A stretch of 64,000 nt of DNA from Bacteroidaceae bacterium (lineage in GTDB: Bacteria; Bacteroidota; Bacteroidia; Bacteroidales; Bacteroidaceae). Shown in pieces: positions 15,919 through 25,199 of the stretch. The position numbers and the translations under genes are program-made. The DNA is taken from the NCBI GenBank assembly GCA_017628845.1, contig JAGBYI010000058.1:769-64768 (forward strand), written 5' to 3'. The notes beneath the pieces are model-generated. The model saw nothing but the letters and a program-made list of their open reading frames with translations, searched no databases and was not told the DNA's origin. Numbering within the stretch: the first letter of the stretch is position 1; each line of letters opens with the position of its first letter.

Positions 15919-15953
15919 TATACATACCCAACACAAATAGTCGCGCAAAAAAC

Positions 15954-17258
15954 ATGACACACACTTCTATTCTTCCAAGATTGATCCTCATGCTATTCAT
16001 GGCAACATGTACCAGCATTTCTATCCTTGCGCAAACGTTCGGCAAACATTTCAATGAAGCCACTCTTAGGATTGACTACATCTTTGCCGGAAATAACTAC
16101 AGCCAAAACATATATCTGGATAGAATGAAGACCTTCAGCGGATGGTACGGAAGACGCACCAACATGGACATCCTGCCCCTGCGAGGCAACGGCAACATCA
16201 CCGTCACAGACATTACGGGTGCGGATACTCTGTACACTCATAGCTTCTCAACCCTCTTCCAGGAATGGCAGAGTACGGAGGAGGCGACGAAAGTGGGCAG
16301 AAGTTTTGAAAGCACACTCCTCATCCCAATGCCAAAAGAAAAGGTGCAAGTATCTGTGGAACTGAAAAATATGCATAACGGCTCAAAGTCTTGCTTGAAG
16401 CATACCATTGACCCATCAGACATATTGATAAGCACACACAACGAGAAGAAAACAACACCATACCGCTACCTGCACAAGGCTGGGGACAGCAAGAAGAAGA
16501 TAGACATCGTCTTCATTCCCGAGGGCTACACGGCAGAAGAGATGGAGCAGTTCGGCAAGGATTGCCAGGAAAGCATAGAATCCATATTCCGCCACAGGCC
16601 ATTCAACCAGCTTAAGGACAGGTTCAACTTCATTGCCGTGGATGTTCCATCCGAGCATTCTGGCGTGAGTGTACCCAGAAACAAGATATGGAAGGAGACA
16701 GCAACAGGAAGCCACTTCGACACATTCTACAGCAACCGCTACCTTACCACCCCCAACATCAAGAAACTTTATGACATCCTGGACGGCATACCATGCGAAA
16801 GTATCATTATACTCGCCAATACAAACGAATACGGCGGCGGGGGAATATACAACAACTACATGCTCAGCGCATCACGAGGTCCCGCCTACAAATCAGTAAT
16901 AGTGCATGAGTTCGGGCATTCCTTTGCCGGATTGGCGGACGAATACTTCTACGACGACCAGTACGTGACCATGTACCCAGCCGGCATAGAGCCATGGGAA
17001 CAGAATCTGACCACGCTTACCGACTTCGGGAGCAAATGGAAGGACATGCTCCCCCAGGGCACCGAAATACCTACGGTAGCTGATGGAAAGGACAGATACA
17101 CCAAAGTAGGTGTCTACGAAGGTGGAGGCTACCAATCCAAAGGTGTGTACCGCCCTGCACAGGATTGCCGTATGCACACCAACCAGGCTCCCGACTTCTG
17201 CCCCGTATGCCAGAGAGCAATCCTGCGACTTGTGGATTTTCTCACTGAAGAAGATTGA
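15954..17258 (+). CDS. M64-family (IgA-peptidase-like) zinc metallopeptidase, secreted
   Basis: Signal peptide MTHTSILPRLILMLFMATCTSISILAQ. VIVHEFGHSFAGLADEY HExxH motif. Start chosen at the signal peptide, not at the upstream ATG (15810) that overlaps the 3' end of mfd. Confidence 0.8.
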   Translation: MTHTSILPRLILMLFMATCTSISILAQTFGKHFNEATLRIDYIFAGNNYSQNIYLDRMKTFSGWYGRRTNMDILPLRGNGNITVTDITGADTLYTHSFSTLFQEWQSTEEATKVGRSFESTLLIPMPKEKVQVSVELKNMHNGSKSCLKHTIDPSDILISTHNEKKTTPYRYLHKAGDSKKKIDIVFIPEGYTAEEMEQFGKDCQESIESIFRHRPFNQLKDRFNFIAVDVPSEHSGVSVPRNKIWKETATGSHFDTFYSNRYLTTPNIKKLYDILDGIPCESIIILANTNEYGGGGIYNNYMLSASRGPAYKSVIVHEFGHSFAGLADEYFYDDQYVTMYPAGIEPWEQNLTTLTDFGSKWKDMLPQGTEIPTVADGKDRYTKVGVYEGGGYQSKGVYRPAQDCRMHTNQAPDFCPVCQRAILRLVDFLTEED

Positions 17259-17295
17259 CTAACCCATTAAGAACATCAGGTCTGCCGACGCCCCC

Positions 17296-17395
17296 CCAAT
17301 TTTGGTCCTCCCGAGGACCGACCCGAGAGTTCCCGGTTCTTTCGCCTCGGTCCTCGGGAGGACCAAGGTCAGGGTTCGGGAGGACCAAATTTTCC
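17296..17395. repeat. REP-like palindromic element (GGTCCTCCCGAGGACC family), copy 1
   Basis: 18-nt arms at 17304-17321 and 17347-17364 are perfectly complementary. A third inverted arm lies at 17376-17393. A 54-nt core is shared with 46350-46403. Confidence 0.75.
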
Positions 17396-17568
17396 ATCAC
17401 CCATAGATGAAAAACAACAAGGGTGTTTGTGTCCGTAAAAGTCCCCACTATTATTTGGATTATGGAAGACGGAAATGGCAATAAAAGAACAACCTTACTC
17501 TTCTATTGTGTAAAAACACTCCACCACACCATGGAAGATTATGCCTACAGCTGACGGAGAGTGTTTCT

Positions 17569-19131
17569 TCAGAAGCGGACACCCACGGTGGCGGTAATGC
17601 TATGCTTGCTGAGGTCTACTGGAATTGGAGCCATGAGGACTTCGCTATAGAGAGGATTGAAGGCATAGTAGTCGCCCACCTGATGACGGTACTTATAGAC
17701 CAGGTCGGCAAAGAACCATTTGTTGCGATAGCCTGCACCACAGGTAATGATGTGTGTGTCGGAAAGATTCATATAGTCAAGACCTGTGGGATATGCCATA
17801 GCAGAACTGGTGAAATAGGGATCCCATGACGATGTGGGCGTAGTGGTGGAAGTTATGTAGTTATAACCTGCACGCAATGCCAGGGAACTGATAGGCTTGA
17901 ACTCTACACCGGCACGCAAACTATGTTGCGGTACGAGGTTATTCTCAGTTTCGGTATTGAAAGCCTCATCTGTCTTTGTCCCTCCATAGGCACTTGGATA
18001 CTTCATAGAGGTTCCAGGATAGTTGGCAAATTCATACTCCGCTCCCCATGCAAATTTGGTGGAGATGGTGCTGCCCATCTGGGCGCGTACTTTCCAAGGG
18101 GTAGTCAGTTTATATTCAAGATAGTTGATATAGGAGTCGGAAAGGTCATAGACATAATATGTATGATAGTGGTTGGGGGTATGGTCATATTCCAGGACCT
18201 TCTCCCTCTCGTTCCACACATACTTTGTGGCAAGACTTTGGTCATCAATATACTTTAGCTCATACCATGTAGGAGTTTCCACGGTGAAGCCAATACGGAA
18301 GGAACTTGACTCGAATGGGCGGAATATGGCACCAAACTTTATGTTGAAACCATTGCCCGTGATTATCTGCTCGTTGGTGTAACCGAAGTCCTGTATCCAT
18401 CCGTGCTCGTCTGTGCGCTGTTCCCAATAATCAGTGCTATAGCGGAAGTCTACATTATCCAAACCCACGGTAAGGCCCAGAAAGAACCTGTTGTCGAGAT
18501 TCATGCTTAGATTGAATTCATAGGCATTCAATGCTCCACTTGTAACGCCGAGCGTGCTGTTGGGGTCATCAGCGTACTTTACGATATTGTCAGGGAAGAG
18601 TCCGTACAGGTCTCCCAAGGCATAGAGCGTATGGTTATATGTATCGGGGTTACTATAGTAGGCGTGAGGATTGTCATACACCCTCTGTGCCATCATGTTC
18701 AACTGGTCTGCCCATGATGCAGACGTATAGGTCTCCCCGAAGAAACTGTTGTTGTAGTCCACCTTCTTCTGGTAATTGAAACCGATGTTTATGTTGCGCA
18801 ACTTTCCACTTCCCTTGAAAGAGGCAACGGCTCCAACCTGACTGAAGTGACCGAACGTGCCGTCGGTATACTCGCTGGCACTGTTGTTTCCCAACCAAGA
18901 GACTCCTGCGGTCAGCGAAATCTCGTTCTTGGAAAACATACCCAATCCGGCAGGGTTGGTGCTAATGACAGAAATATCCGCACCCAATGCACCCATTGCT
19001 CCACCCATGGCAACGTAGCGCGATGTTCCGAACAGGTCTGAAGTATTAGCTACCGTATTGTTGAGATAAGGGCTCTGCGCCATTGTCTGCAAGCTGCAGG
19101 CCGACAGAAGGATAAATATTAACTTCTTCAT
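17569..19131 (-). CDS. outer-membrane beta-barrel protein (FadL/TodX- or PorV-like)
   Basis: 520 aa. Signal peptide, N-terminal RYVAMGGAMGALGADISVISTNPAGLG motif, alternating beta-strand pattern, C-terminal aromatic residue (VGVRF). Confidence 0.55.
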   Translation of the reverse strand: MKKLIFILLSACSLQTMAQSPYLNNTVANTSDLFGTSRYVAMGGAMGALGADISVISTNPAGLGMFSKNEISLTAGVSWLGNNSASEYTDGTFGHFSQVGAVASFKGSGKLRNINIGFNYQKKVDYNNSFFGETYTSASWADQLNMMAQRVYDNPHAYYSNPDTYNHTLYALGDLYGLFPDNIVKYADDPNSTLGVTSGALNAYEFNLSMNLDNRFFLGLTVGLDNVDFRYSTDYWEQRTDEHGWIQDFGYTNEQIITGNGFNIKFGAIFRPFESSSFRIGFTVETPTWYELKYIDDQSLATKYVWNEREKVLEYDHTPNHYHTYYVYDLSDSYINYLEYKLTTPWKVRAQMGSTISTKFAWGAEYEFANYPGTSMKYPSAYGGTKTDEAFNTETENNLVPQHSLRAGVEFKPISSLALRAGYNYITSTTTPTSSWDPYFTSSAMAYPTGLDYMNLSDTHIITCGAGYRNKWFFADLVYKYRHQVGDYYAFNPLYSEVLMAPIPVDLSKHSITATVGVRF

Positions 19132-19158
19132 ATATAACGTTTGAATTTATCTATTAGT

Positions 19159-20325
19159 TTATCTGCCACGACCACCACCACGGAAGGAACCACCACTACG
19201 GTTTGCTCCACCCCCATGCGACCCAGAACCGCCGTTTCTTGAACCCGAAGGACGACTTCCTACGGATGAAGAACGATTGGTGGAACGACTGGTAGAGTAG
19301 TTGGTGGCACGATTGGTAGAACGGTTAGTTGAATGGCTGGCAGAACGGTTCGTGCTACGATCTACACTACGGTTAGAACGTTCATTGGTGCGGTCGGTGC
19401 CACGATATGACTTGTTTTCCGTACTCCTATTGGAGGAGCGGTCGGTAACACGATTTGTCCTGCTGGATGAACGGTCGGCATTAGGCGATTTGCGGTCATC
19501 GGAACGGTTGGAGTGTACATTCCGATCGGAATGCCCACGATGCCCTGCACGATTACTGCGATCCACAATGCGTGAACTTCCATAGTCATGGTTGCGTGAC
19601 GTGGACACACGAGGACCATGTCCATGGTGTCCGCCTCCATGCCCATGTGACGGATGATGGTGATGATGACCGTGAGGATAATATCCTGACCAATGGGGAT
19701 GCCAATAGCTATGTCCCCAATAGTGACCTACACCCCACCCCACGGAATACCATCCACCATAATAGTAGGGACGATACCAGGGATCCCAATACCAGGGGTC
19801 CCAATGCCAGGGATCGTAGATGTATGACACACGGTTCCAGTACCAAGGGTCATAGAAATGGCAACCATGGAAACGGGCAAGACGCAGACCATAGTAGAAG
19901 TCCATGTCATTGCCATCCGAGAATCCCTCGTTGTAGCCCTCGCTATATCCCAGGTCGTAGAGACTCTGAGCAGAAAGTTCGTACTTGACAGGTTGCGTAA
20001 CGGACTCACTGAGAGGTTGGGTGTAGGCAGGCATGGTATCTGCAGAAAGGGTGTCGGTAGAGGGCATGTATCTGCCACGTCTGTTATACTCGTCCACATC
20101 GCGGACGGTAGAGGCAGGAACTGTAGCAGTAACGCGAGGAGTAACTGGTGTCGCAGGAGCATAGTCCTCGTATATCACTTCTACCGTGGTTGCCGGTGTC
20201 TGGGACTTCGTCTGCTTTTCCTTCTTGTCCTTTTTGGATGTAAAGTACATGTCATCCTCCTGGGCCATGGTCACGGAAGACAGTCCAAGAAGAATTGTCG
20301 TCAAAAGTATAGTCAGATGTTTCAT
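19159..20325 (-). CDS. secreted low-complexity protein: DPWYW repeats, poly-His tract, (S/T)NRS repeats, Gly/Arg tail
   Basis: 388 aa. Signal peptide. YDPWYWNRVSYIYDPWHWDPWYWDPWYRPYYYGGWY, HGHHHHHPSHGHGGGHHGHG, STNRSASHSTNRSTNRATNYSTSRSTNRSS, GGSFRGGGRGR. Confidence 0.55.
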   Translation of the reverse strand: MKHLTILLTTILLGLSSVTMAQEDDMYFTSKKDKKEKQTKSQTPATTVEVIYEDYAPATPVTPRVTATVPASTVRDVDEYNRRGRYMPSTDTLSADTMPAYTQPLSESVTQPVKYELSAQSLYDLGYSEGYNEGFSDGNDMDFYYGLRLARFHGCHFYDPWYWNRVSYIYDPWHWDPWYWDPWYRPYYYGGWYSVGWGVGHYWGHSYWHPHWSGYYPHGHHHHHPSHGHGGGHHGHGPRVSTSRNHDYGSSRIVDRSNRAGHRGHSDRNVHSNRSDDRKSPNADRSSSRTNRVTDRSSNRSTENKSYRGTDRTNERSNRSVDRSTNRSASHSTNRSTNRATNYSTSRSTNRSSSVGSRPSGSRNGGSGSHGGGANRSGGSFRGGGRGR

Positions 20326-20408
20326 AGAACCAAGAAATTAATACATCGGTGTTTTCAAGTCCAAAGATACAAAATTACGCATTACCACCAATAGGCATAC
20401 CCCTAATA

Positions 20409-21299
20409 TTAAGAGGATTTTCCCTTTTTTAGCAAAAGTAAGGCCCAATCATTGTCTTCCCTCTGCAATACGGTGCTGAAACCATACCTTGAAGCCTCGT
20501 CAACCAGCAATGGTACATCCTGAATATAGAAGCCGCTGAGAAGCAGTTCGCCCCCATCAGCAAGAGCTGAAGCAAAGGCTGGCATGTCGGCAAGAAGAAT
20601 ATTGCGGTTTATGTTGGCTATCAGCAATGTGGCACTGGCAGAGGGTGTTACCGCAGACGAAGAGAGAACAGCGCTGTCCCCAAGCAGTACCTGCACATGA
20701 CCAGAAACACCGTTGAGGTCAAGGTTGGCCTGGGCATTGCGCACGCTCCATTCGTCTATATCGTATGCCAATACCCGATTTGCACCAAGCATACAGCAGA
20801 GAATGGACAGAATGCCCGTTCCTGTTCCTGCATCAATGACATGGCGACCTTGGATGGGCATGTCCAAAAGCTGGTGCATTATCATGCGTGTGGTCTCGTG
20901 AGAACCAGTACCGAATGCTTGGCATGGGTTTATTCTTATGTCATATCTGGCATGTGGAATATCACTATGCGATGTATCATGTACAACTATAAGCGTTTCA
21001 CCGGTGATGGCATCGGGAATGAGTATGGGACGGAATCCCTCCTCCTCCCACTGCCTGTTCCAGTTCTCGTCCGGTGCCTCGGCAACGGTGTATGTTATGG
21101 TCGTGTCGGGCAGGGGAAACTCTCCTATGGACCTGTCAATGCCCTCCGCACTAAATAGAAGTTGCTGCACCCATGCCTGCACACCGTCGGAAAGGGGTTG
21201 GAAGGTTTCAAAACCCACATCGGCAAGAAGTGCACTAAGTATGTCTGATGCAATCTCGCTATAGGGAGATATGCGGAATGTGACTTCGTAGTACTTCAT
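20409..21299 (-). CDS. prmA: ribosomal protein L11 methyltransferase
   Basis: 296 aa. PrmA-like N-domain, INPCQAFGTGSHETT and VIDAGTGTGILSI SAM-binding motifs. Confidence 0.85.
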   Translation of the reverse strand: MKYYEVTFRISPYSEIASDILSALLADVGFETFQPLSDGVQAWVQQLLFSAEGIDRSIGEFPLPDTTITYTVAEAPDENWNRQWEEEGFRPILIPDAITGETLIVVHDTSHSDIPHARYDIRINPCQAFGTGSHETTRMIMHQLLDMPIQGRHVIDAGTGTGILSILCCMLGANRVLAYDIDEWSVRNAQANLDLNGVSGHVQVLLGDSAVLSSSAVTPSASATLLIANINRNILLADMPAFASALADGGELLLSGFYIQDVPLLVDEASRYGFSTVLQREDNDWALLLLKKGKSS

Positions 21300-21375
21300 T
21301 CTTTATGAATATTATATACCTTATTATATATATACAAGGAGGATAGGGTTGCATCCCTCCCCAATCCCCGACAGA

Positions 21376-22638
21376 TTACTCGAAACGTATACTCTTGGCA
21401 GGATGAATACGGCTGACAACGTATGTGGGAGCCACAAGGACCATGACGCATACCACTATTGTAAGGATGTTGACCAGAATTATACCCGTCCATGGAAAAT
21501 ACACGGGTACGCGGTCGAGGTAGTAGTTGGCGGGATCCAGCGACACGAAGCCCGTCATTTTCTGCAACACGAGAAAGGCAAAGGCTATGGCATTGCCAAA
21601 CAGCATTCCGCGCACCAATATCATGGCGGAAAGATACAAGAATGTCTGGCGCAACTGTCCGTTTGTGCTTCCCATTGCCTTCATCAAACCAATAAAACGG
21701 GTACGCTCAAGGATGATGACAAGCAATCCGCTCACCATGGTTACACCTGCAACACAAATCATGAGGATAAGTATGGCGGCAACATTGGTATCCAACAATG
21801 CAAGCCAGGAGAAAATCTGCGGAAACAGTTCGTCAACACGCGGTGAGGCGAAGAATTGGCCATAGGCGTCCTCGCGCATGAACAACATTGATGAAACCTG
21901 CCAAGAAACCTCATCCATTGAGTCAAAATCGTCCAGCATCAGTTCGGCACCGCTGTATTGGTCCGGGGCCCATCCTGCCAGGCGCTGAACCAGGCGTGCA
22001 TCTGCATAGCACATGTTGCTGTCGAAGTCTGCCATATTCGTTTTATATATACCGGAGACTACGAAACGACGTGTCCGCAATGACTTGTCAAAGAAATAAG
22101 CATACAGTTTCTCTCCAGTACTTACCTGCAGGAGAGATGCCATCTCAGCAGAGAGCAGAATGCTGTCGGAAGGAGCATCATCGTTGCCAAAAGATGGCAC
22201 TGCGCCCGAAACAAGGTTATCGGCAAGAAAGCGCGAATCGAAACTGGCGTCAACCCCTCGCAGAAGAATGCCCCGAAACGCTTCGTTCGTCTTCAGCATT
22301 CCCAGACATAGAGCAAAACGCTGGACATGTACTACATGTGGCACTGCTGCAAGCCCATCCATGAGCGAGTCCGTAATCTGTATGGGCAAGGAGTGGTTGC
22401 GGTAAAGACTTTGAGAATTTATTACCTGGACATTGCCAACAAGGGAAACCACCCTGTCCCTTATCTCACGCTGGAAACCAATAGTCACGCAAATGCTGAC
22501 AATCATTACCAGAATTCCCACGGCAACGCCTGCCGTAGCTATACTGATGGCAGAGGCAGAGGCACGTCCCCTACCACCGTCATGGTATATTCTTTTAGCT
22601 ACGAATAACATCCCTCGAAATGCCATACCATACAACAC
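21376..22638 (-). CDS. FtsX/LolE-like ABC transporter permease
   Basis: 420 aa. N-terminal TM helix, MacB-like periplasmic domain, C-terminal FtsX 3-TM module. Confidence 0.8.
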   Translation of the reverse strand: MLYGMAFRGMLFVAKRIYHDGGRGRASASAISIATAGVAVGILVMIVSICVTIGFQREIRDRVVSLVGNVQVINSQSLYRNHSLPIQITDSLMDGLAAVPHVVHVQRFALCLGMLKTNEAFRGILLRGVDASFDSRFLADNLVSGAVPSFGNDDAPSDSILLSAEMASLLQVSTGEKLYAYFFDKSLRTRRFVVSGIYKTNMADFDSNMCYADARLVQRLAGWAPDQYSGAELMLDDFDSMDEVSWQVSSMLFMREDAYGQFFASPRVDELFPQIFSWLALLDTNVAAILILMICVAGVTMVSGLLVIILERTRFIGLMKAMGSTNGQLRQTFLYLSAMILVRGMLFGNAIAFAFLVLQKMTGFVSLDPANYYLDRVPVYFPWTGIILVNILTIVVCVMVLVAPTYVVSRIHPAKSIRFE

Positions 22639-22641
22639 ATG

Positions 22642-23841
22642 CTACTCCGTGCGTCCGGGATAGGCCTCTAAAGCCTTGCGCAGCACAAAAAGTGCACGTA
22701 CGAGGTCGTCCTTCTTCAACACGTATGCAAGGCGCACCTGGTTGTGTCCTGCTCCAGGCGTGGTATAGAAACCTGATGCCGGTGCCATCATCACCGTTTC
22801 ACCTTCCCACTGAAATTCGCTCAGACACCAGGCACAGAACTTGTCGGCATCGTCCACAGGCAACTTAGCCACAGTATAGAAGGCACCCATTGGAATGGGG
22901 CTATACACCCCGGGGATACGGTTAAGACCATCTATCAGGCACTTGCGTCTTTCCACATATTCGTCATATACCTCACGGCTGTATTCGGCAGGTTCGTCCA
23001 AAGAAGCCTCGGCAGCAATCTGTCCTATGAGCGGAGGACTTAGACGAGCCTGACAGAACTTCATTACTGCTTGCCTCACCTCGGGGTTCTTGGTAATAAG
23101 CGCACCTATACGGATACCACATTCAGAATAACGCTTGGACACGGAGTCTATGAGAACAACATTGTTCTCTATGCCCTCGAGGTGACAGGCCGAAATGTAT
23201 GGGGAACCAGTATAGATGAACTCGCGGTAGACTTCGTCGGAAAACAGGTACAGGTCGTACTTCTTGACGAGATCACGAATCTGGTTCATCTCCCTGCGCG
23301 TGTATAGGTATCCCGTCGGGTTGTTGGGATTACAAATAAGTATAGCACGGGTACGCTCGTTGATAAGTTCCTCAAACTTCTCCACCTTGGGCAGGGAGAA
23401 ACCTTCTTCTATCGTGGTGGATATAGTACGTATCTTAGCACCGGCAGAGATGGCGAATGCCATATAGTTGGCATAGGCAGGTTCAGGAACAATAATCTCG
23501 TCACCGGGATTCAGGCATGCAAGAAAAGAGAACAGCACTGCCTCGGAACCACCGCTTGTGATAATAATATCATCAGCAGTAAGGTTTATGTTATACGAAG
23601 CATAATAGTTCACAAGTTTCTGGCGATAACTCAGATAACCCTGCGACGGACTATACTCCAGTATCTTTCTGTCTATGTTACGTATGGCATCAAGGGCAGA
23701 CTTGGGAGTTGGCAGATCCGGCTGACCGATGTTCAGATGATACACATGCACACCGCGTTTCTTGGCATCATCGGCCAAGGGTGCAAGCTTTCTGATGGGT
23801 GATTCGGGCATTTCCTGACCCCGAACTGATATCTGTGGCAT
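22642..23841 (-). CDS. PLP-dependent class I/II aminotransferase (aspartate/aromatic type)
   Basis: 399 aa. LNIGQPD, NPNNPTG and the SVSKRYSECGIRIG lysine motif. Confidence 0.85.
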   Translation of the reverse strand: MPQISVRGQEMPESPIRKLAPLADDAKKRGVHVYHLNIGQPDLPTPKSALDAIRNIDRKILEYSPSQGYLSYRQKLVNYYASYNINLTADDIIITSGGSEAVLFSFLACLNPGDEIIVPEPAYANYMAFAISAGAKIRTISTTIEEGFSLPKVEKFEELINERTRAILICNPNNPTGYLYTRREMNQIRDLVKKYDLYLFSDEVYREFIYTGSPYISACHLEGIENNVVLIDSVSKRYSECGIRIGALITKNPEVRQAVMKFCQARLSPPLIGQIAAEASLDEPAEYSREVYDEYVERRKCLIDGLNRIPGVYSPIPMGAFYTVAKLPVDDADKFCAWCLSEFQWEGETVMMAPASGFYTTPGAGHNQVRLAYVLKKDDLVRALFVLRKALEAYPGRTE

Positions 23842-23867
23842 AAACGTTTGAACTGTTAATAAAGTAT

Positions 23868-25088
23868 TTATTCTCGTCTATTTTTGTTTCCGAAGAAGTA
23901 ATAATTCCAATACGAATGCGGATATGCCTTAAATGAGGCCTTCCGCTGATGTGACCAGACGGCCGACTCTCTCTGCAACAAGTCTTGATAAGAGAGTAAC
24001 AGGCTGTCCATAACACTGTCATGAAAATAGCGTTGTGCCGTACTGTCGGAAGAATAGTACAGGACCAATGCCTCACGATAATGGCTTGGCAAAGCGTCAT
24101 CTAACACGTAATGTCTTGGCAACTCCTCTGAAAAGCATTTTAATTTCCTGTCCAGCAACAATGCGCAGAGGTAATAGTCGGTCAAGGGCAATGCACGCAA
24201 ACTATCTGCACGAGTGGCAGATGGATTATCCAACCTTACGGCTCGTCTTTTCTGCGCCTCACCCAAAAAGCAAAGCGCATTTCTACACTTACCTGCCGGA
24301 ACTGCATGAAGATGCCTATAGACCAACGCAGGAATATTGTACAGCATGGAAGCTGGCAAGGTGTCTGGCAACATGCTTTCACTACCCCTGAGATTGGGCA
24401 GTGAGAACAGTTTATCGGCAAGAACACCTTGCCTACTGAGGTGTAGTACCTGCATGGAAGTAATGGTGTTGTTACTTGCAGTTTCTCCACGAGGGTGCTT
24501 CTCCATTACCAAGCAACTATTCCTGTGTATTGCATCAGCCATCTTCAATTGCACATGCAACTGACGGTCTGTATTTGTAAGAGCAATGCATAGCATCATG
24601 CCGACGCATGAAATCAACACATTTGCGCCCAAATAGTTCTGCAACGGAGCATGCTCGCCCCGGTCTTCGTGATAGACCTGTGTAAGGAATATCAATATGG
24701 CAGATAACAAAAGGAGCAGTACAGATGGAAGAAGCGGAATGTCATTCTCTACCGACGTTACCGATTCGGGAGAGATGCCAGTTATCATACCTAATACAAT
24801 GTATGAGGGCAGGAAGGCAAGTGCCTTAAAACGCAAGGGGAAGTGCAACCAGTGAAGCAATATCATCGCCGGTATGATGCACAGCAATGTGCCGAGTGAT
24901 GCACTTATCCATATTGCAGTTATGTCCGGAGCAGACGAAGCGACTTCGGATTCCACATAATAGCTCAGCGCCAATATCCCTGACTGGTGATTAAGGTAAA
25001 AGAGGATAGCATATAGCACAAACAGCAGAGCACAGGCAATGGAAAGAAAGCCTGCCATCTTCTGTGTGCTTTTATAATGATACTTCAT
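23868..25088 (-). CDS. hypothetical polytopic membrane protein with a soluble C-terminal domain
   Basis: 406 aa. About 6 TM helices in the first 180 aa. No family recognised. Confidence 0.45.
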   Translation of the reverse strand: MKYHYKSTQKMAGFLSIACALLFVLYAILFYLNHQSGILALSYYVESEVASSAPDITAIWISASLGTLLCIIPAMILLHWLHFPLRFKALAFLPSYIVLGMITGISPESVTSVENDIPLLPSVLLLLLSAILIFLTQVYHEDRGEHAPLQNYLGANVLISCVGMMLCIALTNTDRQLHVQLKMADAIHRNSCLVMEKHPRGETASNNTITSMQVLHLSRQGVLADKLFSLPNLRGSESMLPDTLPASMLYNIPALVYRHLHAVPAGKCRNALCFLGEAQKRRAVRLDNPSATRADSLRALPLTDYYLCALLLDRKLKCFSEELPRHYVLDDALPSHYREALVLYYSSDSTAQRYFHDSVMDSLLLSYQDLLQRESAVWSHQRKASFKAYPHSYWNYYFFGNKNRRE

Positions 25089-25199
25089 CGCGTTACTGAC
25101 TTATGTCACTCCTTTATCTTCGTACAATATCCACATGGCTCTACCCTACTGTCCTGCGGATAGTTCCATGCGGATACTGTTTTGTCGTTAATTAATCTA

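Noticed and set aside
15810-15953. 5' extension of the M64 peptidase ORF overlapping the end of mfd. The same kind of extension occurs for rnfD (55170-55346), the S1/P1 nuclease (36338-36385), the AAA-ATPase (37927-37968), dus (50731-50772) and the thioredoxin-like gene (51465-51746).
   Set aside because: The extensions overlap upstream genes or promoter boxes and precede obvious signal peptides or conserved N-termini. Internal ATG starts were used instead.
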